Positions 42,604 through 50,166 of a DNA stretch of 64,000 nt are shown in pieces. Location: contig JBPCLO010000006.1 in NCBI GenBank assembly GCA_051003155.1, positions 1 through 64,000 on the forward strand, written 5' to 3'. Below the pieces are notes generated by a model, which saw only the letters and a list, made by a program, of their open reading frames with translations, was not told the DNA's origin and searched no databases. Positions within the stretch are counted from its first letter, which is position 1. The number at the start of each line of letters is the position of its first letter. A program made the translations under genes and the position numbers. Source of the stretch: Fimbriimonadales bacterium. Its GTDB lineage: Bacteria; Armatimonadota; Fimbriimonadia; Fimbriimonadales; ATM1.

Positions 42604-42705
42604 TTTTATTAAACCACGGGAAGCTGTAAAAGGTTTCGACTGGCGACTGGCGACTTGCCGAGCCGGATTGGGATCACTTGGCGGCTAAGTGTCGCCCTCC
42701 AGGGC

Positions 42706-43275
42706 TTAGATAGAACCGCGCGTGCCTGGCTTAGACACCGGAATCGACGCCAAGTCTGCCGGCACCTCGTCTGGAGCATAGCTCGTCGCCGAAACCTTGA
42801 CTGCGGCAAAGAACGGGGCGCCGAAATCGACCGGTGTTTCGCTGCGATCGACCAAGACCGCTACCCCGGCCACCTCAGCGTCGAGCGACCGAAGCAGTTC
42901 GGCCACCTCGATGACGCTCGCGCCGGTCGTGAACACGTCATCCACGATCAGGACGCGCGCTCCCGGAGCTACCGAAGCGCCGCGTCGCAGAGCCCTTTTC
43001 CCGTTCTCGCTTTCCACATAGAGCGCGGGCTTGCCCATGCGGCGGGCGGCTTCGAAAGCGACGATGATTCCGCCCGTGGTTGGTCCGGCGACCAAGTCGA
43101 TCTCCGCGCCACCAAAGTGGTCAGCGATCTCGGCGCAGACTTCGCTCAAGACATCCGGCCGCTCCAACACGCGAAACTTCTCGAAATACGTGTCGCTGTG
43201 CCGCCCGGAAGTCAGCAGGAAATGGCCCGTCAGAATCGCCCCGCTCTCCTGCAAAAGCTTGTAAAGGTCCGCCAT
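42706..43275 (-). CDS. pyrE: Orotate phosphoribosyltransferase
   Basis: GAILTGHFLLTSGRHS..YF, PRPP-binding VLIVDDVFTTGAS, VDRS. Confidence 0.93.
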   Translation of the reverse strand: MADLYKLLQESGAILTGHFLLTSGRHSDTYFEKFRVLERPDVLSEVCAEIADHFGGAEIDLVAGPTTGGIIVAFEAARRMGKPALYVESENGKRALRRGASVAPGARVLIVDDVFTTGASVIEVAELLRSLDAEVAGVAVLVDRSETPVDFGAPFFAAVKVSATSYAPDEVPADLASIPVSKPGTRGSI

Positions 43276-43640
43276 CAGTCCCCGGTTCGGCTAAACGGCT
43301 TGAGCGCCTTGACGATCTCGTTCTTCTCGTCGAGAATCACGATTTTTGGGGCAACATCCTCGTCGGTAAACGCGAATGACGCGATGATCAGCCGCTCACC
43401 GACCTTCACACGGTGCGCAGCCGCGCCGTTCACTCCGAACTCGCCCTTCGGCCCCGTGAAAGCATAAGTCGTGAACCGCTCGCCGTTCTCCACGTTCCAA
43501 ACGTAAATGAACTCGCCGTCGAGCAGGCCCACAGCTGCCATGACCTCCGAGCACATCTCGACGCTACCGACGTAATCCGGGTTCGCGTAGGTCACGCGCG
43601 CGTGATGAATCTTCGACTTCAAAAGGGTGAGTAATTTCAT
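43275..43640 (-). CDS. panD: Aspartate 1-decarboxylase
   Basis: LKSKIHHARVT...YVGS (G-S cleavage site), NGERFTTY, NGAAA. Confidence 0.95.
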   Translation of the reverse strand: MKLLTLLKSKIHHARVTYANPDYVGSVEMCSEVMAAVGLLDGEFIYVWNVENGERFTTYAFTGPKGEFGVNGAAAHRVKVGERLIIASFAFTDEDVAPKIVILDEKNEIVKALKPFSRTGD

Positions 43641-45954
43641 CGCTCGATGATGGTTTGGGGGCCTTGCGGCGCTTGAAAGCGGCCAGCATCCCGCCGACGG
43701 TCATCATACCCGCGCCAAGCCAAACGAGCCCCGTCAGCGGCTTGAAAAAGAGCTGCACCGGGAAGATCAGTTCGGGCGACAGAATCGACACCGTGGCGGC
43801 CTTGCTGGCCGCGTCGAGCGTGACGAGTTCGACCTTCACGCCGATGGCTTCGATCGTGACGCGATGCCGAATCGGACCCTGCTCGCCGCCGAGCTCGATC
43901 TGTGGCTCGACGGGGTAGACCAGATCTTTATATATCAGCTTCAGCTGCGCCCCGAAACGCGTGCCCTTCATCCCCGGTTCGCCCGAGCGAGTCGGCCGCA
44001 GGTACTTCACGGTGAAGTCGCCGCTCGTTTTGGTCTCGCCGGGCTTCAGCACGATGTTGGATTCCAACTCCGTCTGCGGCGTGCCGACCACGAAGTAGAG
44101 GTCATAAAGGAGCGTTCGCTTGATTTCGGGGCGGCTGATCGGCGTCGGCTCGGCCTCGCGGAGAGTGTAGTAGAAATTTGGGTTGCACGGCGTGCGCACG
44201 CCGGTACGCTCGTTTACCAATACGAACGGCAGAACGTTGCTCGGATGGGTGAACATGTGCGGCGCGGGGAGGCTGCTCAGCATGGCGAGATAGGTATGCG
44301 ACGGCATGAGGGCAAGGCGGGCGGGCTGCGACAGCGTGACGCCGCTGGTATCGGTCTTCTCGAAGGCGCGCGACACGATCAGACCCAGCAGCAGCAGCGA
44401 AACTCCGGTGTGGGTGACGAACGGGCCTAGACCGCCACTTCGCGCCCGGAGCCTTTCCAGAGTCCGCGCCCCGTTCGCCACGATGCTGAAAAGACACACA
44501 AACACGAGCACCAAGAAGATCGACAGCAGCATCGGTGGCATGCTGGCGAACCCGTCGAGGGTCAGCCCGCTTTTCACCAAAACGAAGGTGAAGACGCCGA
44601 ATAAGAGGACCGAGAGGAAGAAGATGTCGGAGATTTTCCGCAGCCGCTCGGCCTTGGTGACAGTCCAGCCGAGGAACGGCACGACCGCCATTGCAATCAA
44701 CGCCGGCACGAACGGATACGCGACGATTTGGTTATACGTGCCCTCGTCTATCACCTCCTTCTCGGCCCCCAACATCGCGCCGAAAAACGGGACCGACATG
44801 CCCACCGCCGCCAAAATTCCGACCGAATAGAGCAGCGTGACCCCGATCGAAAGGCCCGTCTGCCGGTTGCCAAGCGGCTTCGCGGACGGCGCCTCCTTGC
44901 GCATGAACACGAGCGCCGTTAGACCTACCAGAGTGGCGACGCTTGCGATCACCAGGCCGAGGAGCAACACATGCGCGCCGGCGTTCATCTCGGCGAAGCT
45001 GTGGACGCTGACCTTCAGAAGCGCGCCGCTTCGTGTGAGGTACGTACCGTAGACGAACCAGACGAACGGCAGCAGGCCCAGCAGGATGTTCAGCTTGCTC
45101 CAGCCGTGGCGGCTGTTTTGGATAAATAAGCCATGGACGAAGACGGTTGTGGCGACGAACGGGACCAGGCTGACGTTCTCCACCGGGTCCCACGCCCAGA
45201 AGCCGCCCCAGCCGAGGGTCTCGTAAGCCCAGAGGCCGCCCATGGTTAGGCCGACGCCTAGGACTGTCATGGAGATGATCGCGAAGGGGCGGATGGCGGC
45301 GGTCCACGATTGTTTGTCTTTGGAAAGGGCCGCCGACGCGGTCCAGGCGAACAGAGTGAGCAGGCTGCCGAATCCGATGAAGATCACCCATGGGTGGATG
45401 ACCATCCAGTAGTTCATCAGCGTGGGGTTTAGGCCGCGGCCGTCGGGCGGCATGATCATGGTTTGGCGGGGCGAGAGCAGCGACATGTCCTGGGGGCCGA
45501 GCTGGATCAGCTTGAATGGCGATTCGTAGGCGACGATCGAGAGCATGGCCACGATCGCGATCGAGCAGACCACGCTGAACCAGCGGCGGTAGATGCCCGT
45601 TGCGCGGGCCGCGATGGCGGCGACGAGCGCGCTGGTCAGCGTCCAAAGGAGGAAACTGCCCTCTTGGGCTGCCCAGGCGGCGCTGAACCGGTAGGCAGTG
45701 GGCATGTCTTTCTGGGTGTTGTCAAAGACGTATTTGTACTCGTATTGCTGGGTTAGTAGGAGGGCGACGTGGACTCCGAATACGGCGAGGACGAGGGCGG
45801 CGCCGACCGCGAAGGCCACCTTCCCGACTCGGCCTTTGCCAGCCAACCAAGCGGCGGCGGCCAGAACGAATGCGGCGATTGCGGCGAAAACGAGGCCCTT
45901 TCCGACGCTTCCGGCGAGCAGACCCAGGGCCGGGGGATCGGGCAGCGGGTTCAT
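43564..45954 (-). CDS. ccmF: Cytochrome c biogenesis protein CcmF
   Basis: WAAQEGSFLLW, GLNP.L.N.WM.IHP, WAYETLGWGGFWAWDPVEN, TRSG..SVHSFA. Confidence 0.93.
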   Translation of the reverse strand: MNPLPDPPALGLLAGSVGKGLVFAAIAAFVLAAAAWLAGKGRVGKVAFAVGAALVLAVFGVHVALLLTQQYEYKYVFDNTQKDMPTAYRFSAAWAAQEGSFLLWTLTSALVAAIAARATGIYRRWFSVVCSIAIVAMLSIVAYESPFKLIQLGPQDMSLLSPRQTMIMPPDGRGLNPTLMNYWMVIHPWVIFIGFGSLLTLFAWTASAALSKDKQSWTAAIRPFAIISMTVLGVGLTMGGLWAYETLGWGGFWAWDPVENVSLVPFVATTVFVHGLFIQNSRHGWSKLNILLGLLPFVWFVYGTYLTRSGALLKVSVHSFAEMNAGAHVLLLGLVIASVATLVGLTALVFMRKEAPSAKPLGNRQTGLSIGVTLLYSVGILAAVGMSVPFFGAMLGAEKEVIDEGTYNQIVAYPFVPALIAMAVVPFLGWTVTKAERLRKISDIFFLSVLLFGVFTFVLVKSGLTLDGFASMPPMLLSIFLVLVFVCLFSIVANGARTLERLRARSGGLGPFVTHTGVSLLLLGLIVSRAFEKTDTSGVTLSQPARLALMPSHTYLAMLSSLPAPHMFTHPSNVLPFVLVNERTGVRTPCNPNFYYTLREAEPTPISRPEIKRTLLYDLYFVVGTPQTELESNIVLKPGETKTSGDFTVKYLRPTRSGEPGMKGTRFGAQLKLIYKDLVYPVEPQIELGGEQGPIRHRVTIEAIGVKVELVTLDAASKAATVSILSPELIFPVQLFFKPLTGLVWLGAGMMTVGGMLAAFKRRKAPKPSSSDEITHPFEVEDSSRARDLREPGLRR

Positions 45955-46343
45955 TTAGGCTGCGGCAAGTAGTTTTTGTCTTCGGTTTCGTACTTGCTGG
46001 GGCACTGAGTGGTGATCTTTTCGGCGTGGAACTTGCCGCCTTCGTATCGGCCCTGGACGCTGGCCGTGGGGGCGGTGTCGAAGTTACCGGGCTTCATGCC
46101 TTTATAGGTGACCGGGAGCGTATCCCCATGGTCGTCGATCAGGGTGAACTGGAAGAGTTCGTTTTGGATGGAGGCTCGGGCCGAGCCATGGTCGATCTTG
46201 CCCGCGACGTGGACGGTCTCGCCGCTTCGTTGGGCGGCGTCCTTGGCGGAGACGTACGGGCTGGCGTTGGCCATGAACGCATAAACGCCCAGCCCCAGCC
46301 CGGCGATGGCCAGCACGGCCGCAAAAGTCGCACCGGGTTTCAC
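45951..46343 (-). CDS. ccmE: Cytochrome c maturation heme chaperone CcmE, CxxxY variant
   Basis: N-terminal TM, V.Y.G.KP.NF, F.A..I.TQCPSKY. Confidence 0.9.
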   Translation of the reverse strand: MKPGATFAAVLAIAGLGLGVYAFMANASPYVSAKDAAQRSGETVHVAGKIDHGSARASIQNELFQFTLIDDHGDTLPVTYKGMKPGNFDTAPTASVQGRYEGGKFHAEKITTQCPSKYETEDKNYLPQPK

Positions 46344-46561
46344 TTGGGTCTATTTTAGTCTATTTGTGTGGGTTTGTGGGAGGCCGGAACGCGTCCAAGT
46401 ACCTGCTAAGGAATGTGACGTGATGACGACTTCGCTCCTGGCCTATCGGCTCTGATCGGCTCGATTTGCGACTTCCTGACTATCAAGTCTTGTTCTTGCA
46501 CCCATGCGATCATTCTCAACCGAGTAACCTCTGGGAAAGTCTGCTCCACTCTCGGAATTCA

Positions 46562-48535
46562 ATGAACCGTTATTATTACTCCAATGACATCGGACAGTTC
46601 CTCGTTGAAGACGCTCACAGCATCCTAGGGGTTCTTGCTGCGAACAACCCTTTCACGTTGGAGATTTCGCAAAGGACCGCTTGGCTTGAGCAGATTTGGC
46701 TTCTGAAGAACTCCCTTAAGAACTGCGTCGGCAGAATTTACTTCGAATACTCGATTCCGCGTATGGGTAGACGGATCGACGCAGTTCTGGTCATTGGACC
46801 CGTCGTATTCATTCTTGAATTCAAGGTGGGTGCGAACACCTACCTTACTTCCGATTGCGACCAGGTCTGTGACTACTCCCTCGACTTGAAGAACTTCCAT
46901 GCATCGAGTCACCACCCTGTCGTTGTACCGATCCTGATTGCGACGGCCGCGCTGGAAATTCAAAATACGATTGCGTTTTACGAACATCTGGACAGGCTGA
47001 TTAAGCCGTTGCGATCCAACGGCAATAATCTGAGTGACCTGATCGCACGTGTCCTAGAATTTGCCCAGGGTGAGCCTATTGATCCGGAAACGTGGGAGGC
47101 CGGGAGCTACAGTCCGACTCCCACTATCGTCGAAGCCGCCGTGGCGTTATATGGTGGTCACGCGGTTGAGGATATTAGCCGGAGCGATGCTGGGGCACAA
47201 AATCTCAGAGTTACATCAGAGAAAGTTGACGAGATTATTCAGCAGACAAAACAGAGCCACGAGAAGGCTATTTGCTTTGTTACCGGCGTGCCAGGTTCTG
47301 GAAAGACACTGATTGGCTTGGACATCGCTAGCAAAAACTTTGACCCACAAAGTGAGTTGTACAGCGTGTTTCTTTCCGGCAATGGACCCTTGGTAGCGGT
47401 GCTTCATGAAGCCCTCGCCCGAGATCGGGTGCGGAGCGCAAAGGAGAGCGGGGAAAAAATTAAGAAAGGTGAAGCATTGAGCGAAGTCAAGGCCTTCGTC
47501 CAGAACGTACACCATTTTCGAGACGAGTACTTGCGCGATCCAAAGCCGCCGATCGAGCACGTCGTCCTCTTTGATGAAGCACAACGTGCGTGGAACTTGC
47601 ATCAGACCGCGAACTTCATGAAGCGTAAGAAGAATGTCCCTGATTTTCAAATGTCAGAGCCAGAATTCTTGATCTCTTGCTTAGATCGCCATCCGGATTG
47701 GGCAGTTATCGTCTGCCTCGTCGGTGGTGGCCAGGAGATAAACACGGGCGAAGCAGGTATTAGAGGGTGGATCGAAGCTATCGAAAGATCTTACCGGCAT
47801 TGGAAGGTTTACATATCATCCCGATTGACCGATAAGGAGTTCGATACCGGCGACCTGACTGAGCTGTTGCTAAGGGCGCAGGCACGGCAGGTTGAAGAGA
47901 TGCATCTCGGTGTTTCTATGCGATCATTCAGAGCAGAGAATGTCTCGCACCTCGTCAAGAGTCTCTTAGACAAACACCATGCTTCGGCATGCCAAATGGC
48001 CCTCGAATGTGCGAGCACATACCCCATTGCTCTCACAAGAGACATTGGGCTAGCGAAAGCGTGGGTAAGAGCGAAGGCTCGCGGCTCCGAAAGGACTGGA
48101 GTGGTCGTTTCATCTCAAGCCGAGCGCCTTAGGCCCCAGGGAATACACGTGAAGGCACCTATGAATCCGGTGCACTGGTTCCTTGCACGAAAAGATGACG
48201 TTCGCTCCTCCTACTACCTTGAGGATGTCGCAACGGAGTTCCACGTTCAAGGGCTCGAGATTGACTGGGCGTGCGTCGCATGGGACGCAGACTTACGGGT
48301 TACTCCAACTGGCTGGCAACACTGGTCGTTCTCGGGTGACAAGTGGAAGAAGATTCATCAGGAGGATCGGCGGCGGTATCAGCTGAACGCTTACAGGGTG
48401 TTGTTGACGCGAGCACGTCAAGGCATGGTGATCGTTGTGCCCCCCGGCGACAAAGACGACCACACGCGCTGTCCATCCTTCTATGATCCGACGTTTGAAT
48501 ATTTGGCTGGTCTTGGTTTCGAGATCTTGCATTGA
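46562..48535 (+). CDS. DUF2075 (Schlafen group 3-like helicase) protein with an N-terminal PD-(D/E)xK-like domain
   Basis: FEYSIPRMGRRID...LEFK, Walker A GVPGSGKT, LSGNGPLV, FDEAQR, GGGQEINTGEAG, QGLEID, NAYRVLLTRARQGM; visibly AT-richer than ccmF/ccmE. Confidence 0.85.
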   Translation: MNRYYYSNDIGQFLVEDAHSILGVLAANNPFTLEISQRTAWLEQIWLLKNSLKNCVGRIYFEYSIPRMGRRIDAVLVIGPVVFILEFKVGANTYLTSDCDQVCDYSLDLKNFHASSHHPVVVPILIATAALEIQNTIAFYEHLDRLIKPLRSNGNNLSDLIARVLEFAQGEPIDPETWEAGSYSPTPTIVEAAVALYGGHAVEDISRSDAGAQNLRVTSEKVDEIIQQTKQSHEKAICFVTGVPGSGKTLIGLDIASKNFDPQSELYSVFLSGNGPLVAVLHEALARDRVRSAKESGEKIKKGEALSEVKAFVQNVHHFRDEYLRDPKPPIEHVVLFDEAQRAWNLHQTANFMKRKKNVPDFQMSEPEFLISCLDRHPDWAVIVCLVGGGQEINTGEAGIRGWIEAIERSYRHWKVYISSRLTDKEFDTGDLTELLLRAQARQVEEMHLGVSMRSFRAENVSHLVKSLLDKHHASACQMALECASTYPIALTRDIGLAKAWVRAKARGSERTGVVVSSQAERLRPQGIHVKAPMNPVHWFLARKDDVRSSYYLEDVATEFHVQGLEIDWACVAWDADLRVTPTGWQHWSFSGDKWKKIHQEDRRRYQLNAYRVLLTRARQGMVIVVPPGDKDDHTRCPSFYDPTFEYLAGLGFEILH

Positions 48536-48541
48536 ACAAGC

Positions 48542-48559
48542 TGTGACGGCTTTGTCACA
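48542..48559. other. Short palindrome/hairpin directly after the DUF2075 gene
   Basis: TGTGAC-GGCTTT-GTCACA. Confidence 0.35.
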
Positions 48560-48792
48560 AAAGTGGGGTGAGCTGCCGAATAGGAGCCCTTGGCCGCCCC
48601 GTTTGTCGTCCTTGAGACAAACTCGTCAACACTCGTTCTGTTAAGGGTTTGTGCCTGCACCCATGGGCTTATAAGGTGCCGTCGATTGCGGCGGCAAGCT
48701 GTCTTTCTATATATACACGAGCCGCTAGCGAAGGGCCTCCCATTACCTCGACGGCTTTATTCGCTCGGGCTATTTGGGTTGACTCTTGAAGG

Positions 48793-48828
48793 CGTGAACA
48801 ATATAAAAGACGTGAACACTATAAAAAG
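48793..48828. repeat. 18-bp tandem direct repeat
   Basis: CGTGAACAATATAAAAGA / CGTGAACACTATAAAAAG. Confidence 0.55.
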
Positions 48829-48947
48829 AGTGCATTCGGACCAAGAGAGCAGTTTTTTGCGATGAGTGTCTGAATCGCTTGGTCTGGCGGAGGCGCTCGA
48901 CTTCCAAAAATGTCTCGGCCGTAACCAAAAAGCAGTCGCGAACGTAT

Positions 48948-48975
48948 AATATAGTAGACGTAAGTCTGCTATATT
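48948..48975 (+). promoter_or_regulatory. Palindromic candidate repressor (LexA-like) operator overlapping the -10 of the imuB-dnaE2 cassette
   Basis: AATATAGTAGAC-GTAA-GTCTGCTATATT (11/12 inverted match); overlaps TATAAT (48945-48950) and TATATT (48970-48975), 6 nt before the ATG. Confidence 0.65.
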
Positions 48976-48981
48976 AACTTC

Positions 48982-50166
48982 ATGAGCGTCGTGGCGTTTG
49001 TAACGTTCGACGGCTTCTATGTGGCGGGGCTGTCGCGGATGGAGCCGGCTTTGGTGAAGTCGGCGGTGGCGGTCGTGCGTGCGCGGAAGGTGCTGGACTC
49101 CTCCCCGGCCGCCCGCAAGATCGGCATTCACCCGGGGATGGCGGCCTCGGAGGCACGGTATGCCGCCCAGGGCAGTAAGGTGCGTTTCGTCGATTACAGG
49201 GAGAGCGACTATGCGGAGGCGTCGGCGAAGTGGCTGGATATCTGCTGCGAGTACACGGCGGTGATCGAGCCGGTTGAGCCGCACTGCGCTTTTCTCGATC
49301 TGAGCGCACTCGCCGGCGCGCGCGAACTGGCGATACCGATGTCGGCGGATATCTATAGCGCCGTACGTATCTGCCCGAGAATCGGGATCGCCTCGAACAA
49401 GCTCGTCGCGCGGCTGACCGGGCAGGCCATCCCCGAAGGCGGGGACGCCGGCTTTTTGGCGTCGCTTCCGATCGAGTCGCTTTGGATGGCGAAAGCCGAG
49501 CATCTTCGACGGCTGAGTTTTTTGGGCTATCGCACGATCGGCGAAGTGGCGCGGCTGCCGCTCGAGGTGCTGCAAAAGCAGTTCGGCCAGGCGGGGCTGC
49601 AGATCTCGCTGTGGGCGAGGGGCATGGACCGCAGCCTCGTGCGGCCTTTGTACCCGCCGGAGGAGCTTTCCGCGCGGTTCACTTTCCCGCAGCCCGTGCG
49701 GTTAGATCAGGAGTTGGAGGCCGGATTGAAAGCGCTCGCCGAGTACTTCGGCGCGATTTTGCGGACGCGCGATATGCAGACGAAGCAGATCGAGTTGGAA
49801 GTGGTCTTCGAGGGAAACCGGGTGGAGAGTGCGGCTCGCTGTTTCGTGAACCCGATGCAGAGGCCGGGGGCGCTGCTAACGGGGTTGCGGCTGACGCTTC
49901 GGTTGGTTGCCTTGGGCTCGGAGATTTATTCGATTCGCGCGCGTTTCCCGAAAATCGAGCCATCGGACCGAAGCCAAATGACCCTGGACGCAACTGTGAA
50001 AGACGCGGAGAAGGCGAACGGTGCGATTAAACAATTGCAGGAAACCTTCGGGCAGGGAATTATCAAGCGCGCCGGTGAGGTGGAGGCGCCTCGGCGGCAG
50101 AAGTTTTTGAAAGCCTTTCTGGAGGGCGACGTTTTAGCTAGCCGGCCTCAGGGAAATGGCTCGTGA
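48982..50166 (+). CDS. Y-family polymerase-like protein lacking catalytic residues (ImuB/ImuY-like)
   Basis: DinB-like layout (AR..GI.PGM...EA, GIASNKLVARL, FL..LPI..LW, LG.RTIG). Catalytic D.D is TFD and DE is HC. Clamp-binding-like QMTLD near the C-terminus; directly upstream of dnaE2. Confidence 0.85.
   Translation: MSVVAFVTFDGFYVAGLSRMEPALVKSAVAVVRARKVLDSSPAARKIGIHPGMAASEARYAAQGSKVRFVDYRESDYAEASAKWLDICCEYTAVIEPVEPHCAFLDLSALAGARELAIPMSADIYSAVRICPRIGIASNKLVARLTGQAIPEGGDAGFLASLPIESLWMAKAEHLRRLSFLGYRTIGEVARLPLEVLQKQFGQAGLQISLWARGMDRSLVRPLYPPEELSARFTFPQPVRLDQELEAGLKALAEYFGAILRTRDMQTKQIELEVVFEGNRVESAARCFVNPMQRPGALLTGLRLTLRLVALGSEIYSIRARFPKIEPSDRSQMTLDATVKDAEKANGAIKQLQETFGQGIIKRAGEVEAPRRQKFLKAFLEGDVLASRPQGNGS

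Noticed and set aside
42185..42688. ORFs 42185-42430, 42297-42629 and 42299-42688
   Set aside because: They overlap the RNase P RNA gene and repeat tracts; spurious
44732..45646. Long alternate-frame or antisense ORFs (also 48757-49575, 50960-51817, 57484-58302, 42655-43467, 911-1693)
   Set aside because: Shadow ORFs of high-GC genuine genes; Arg/Pro-rich with no recognisable motifs
48542..48559. CRP site
   Set aside because: TGTGA and TCACA are 8 nt apart rather than 6, and it lies just after a stop codon
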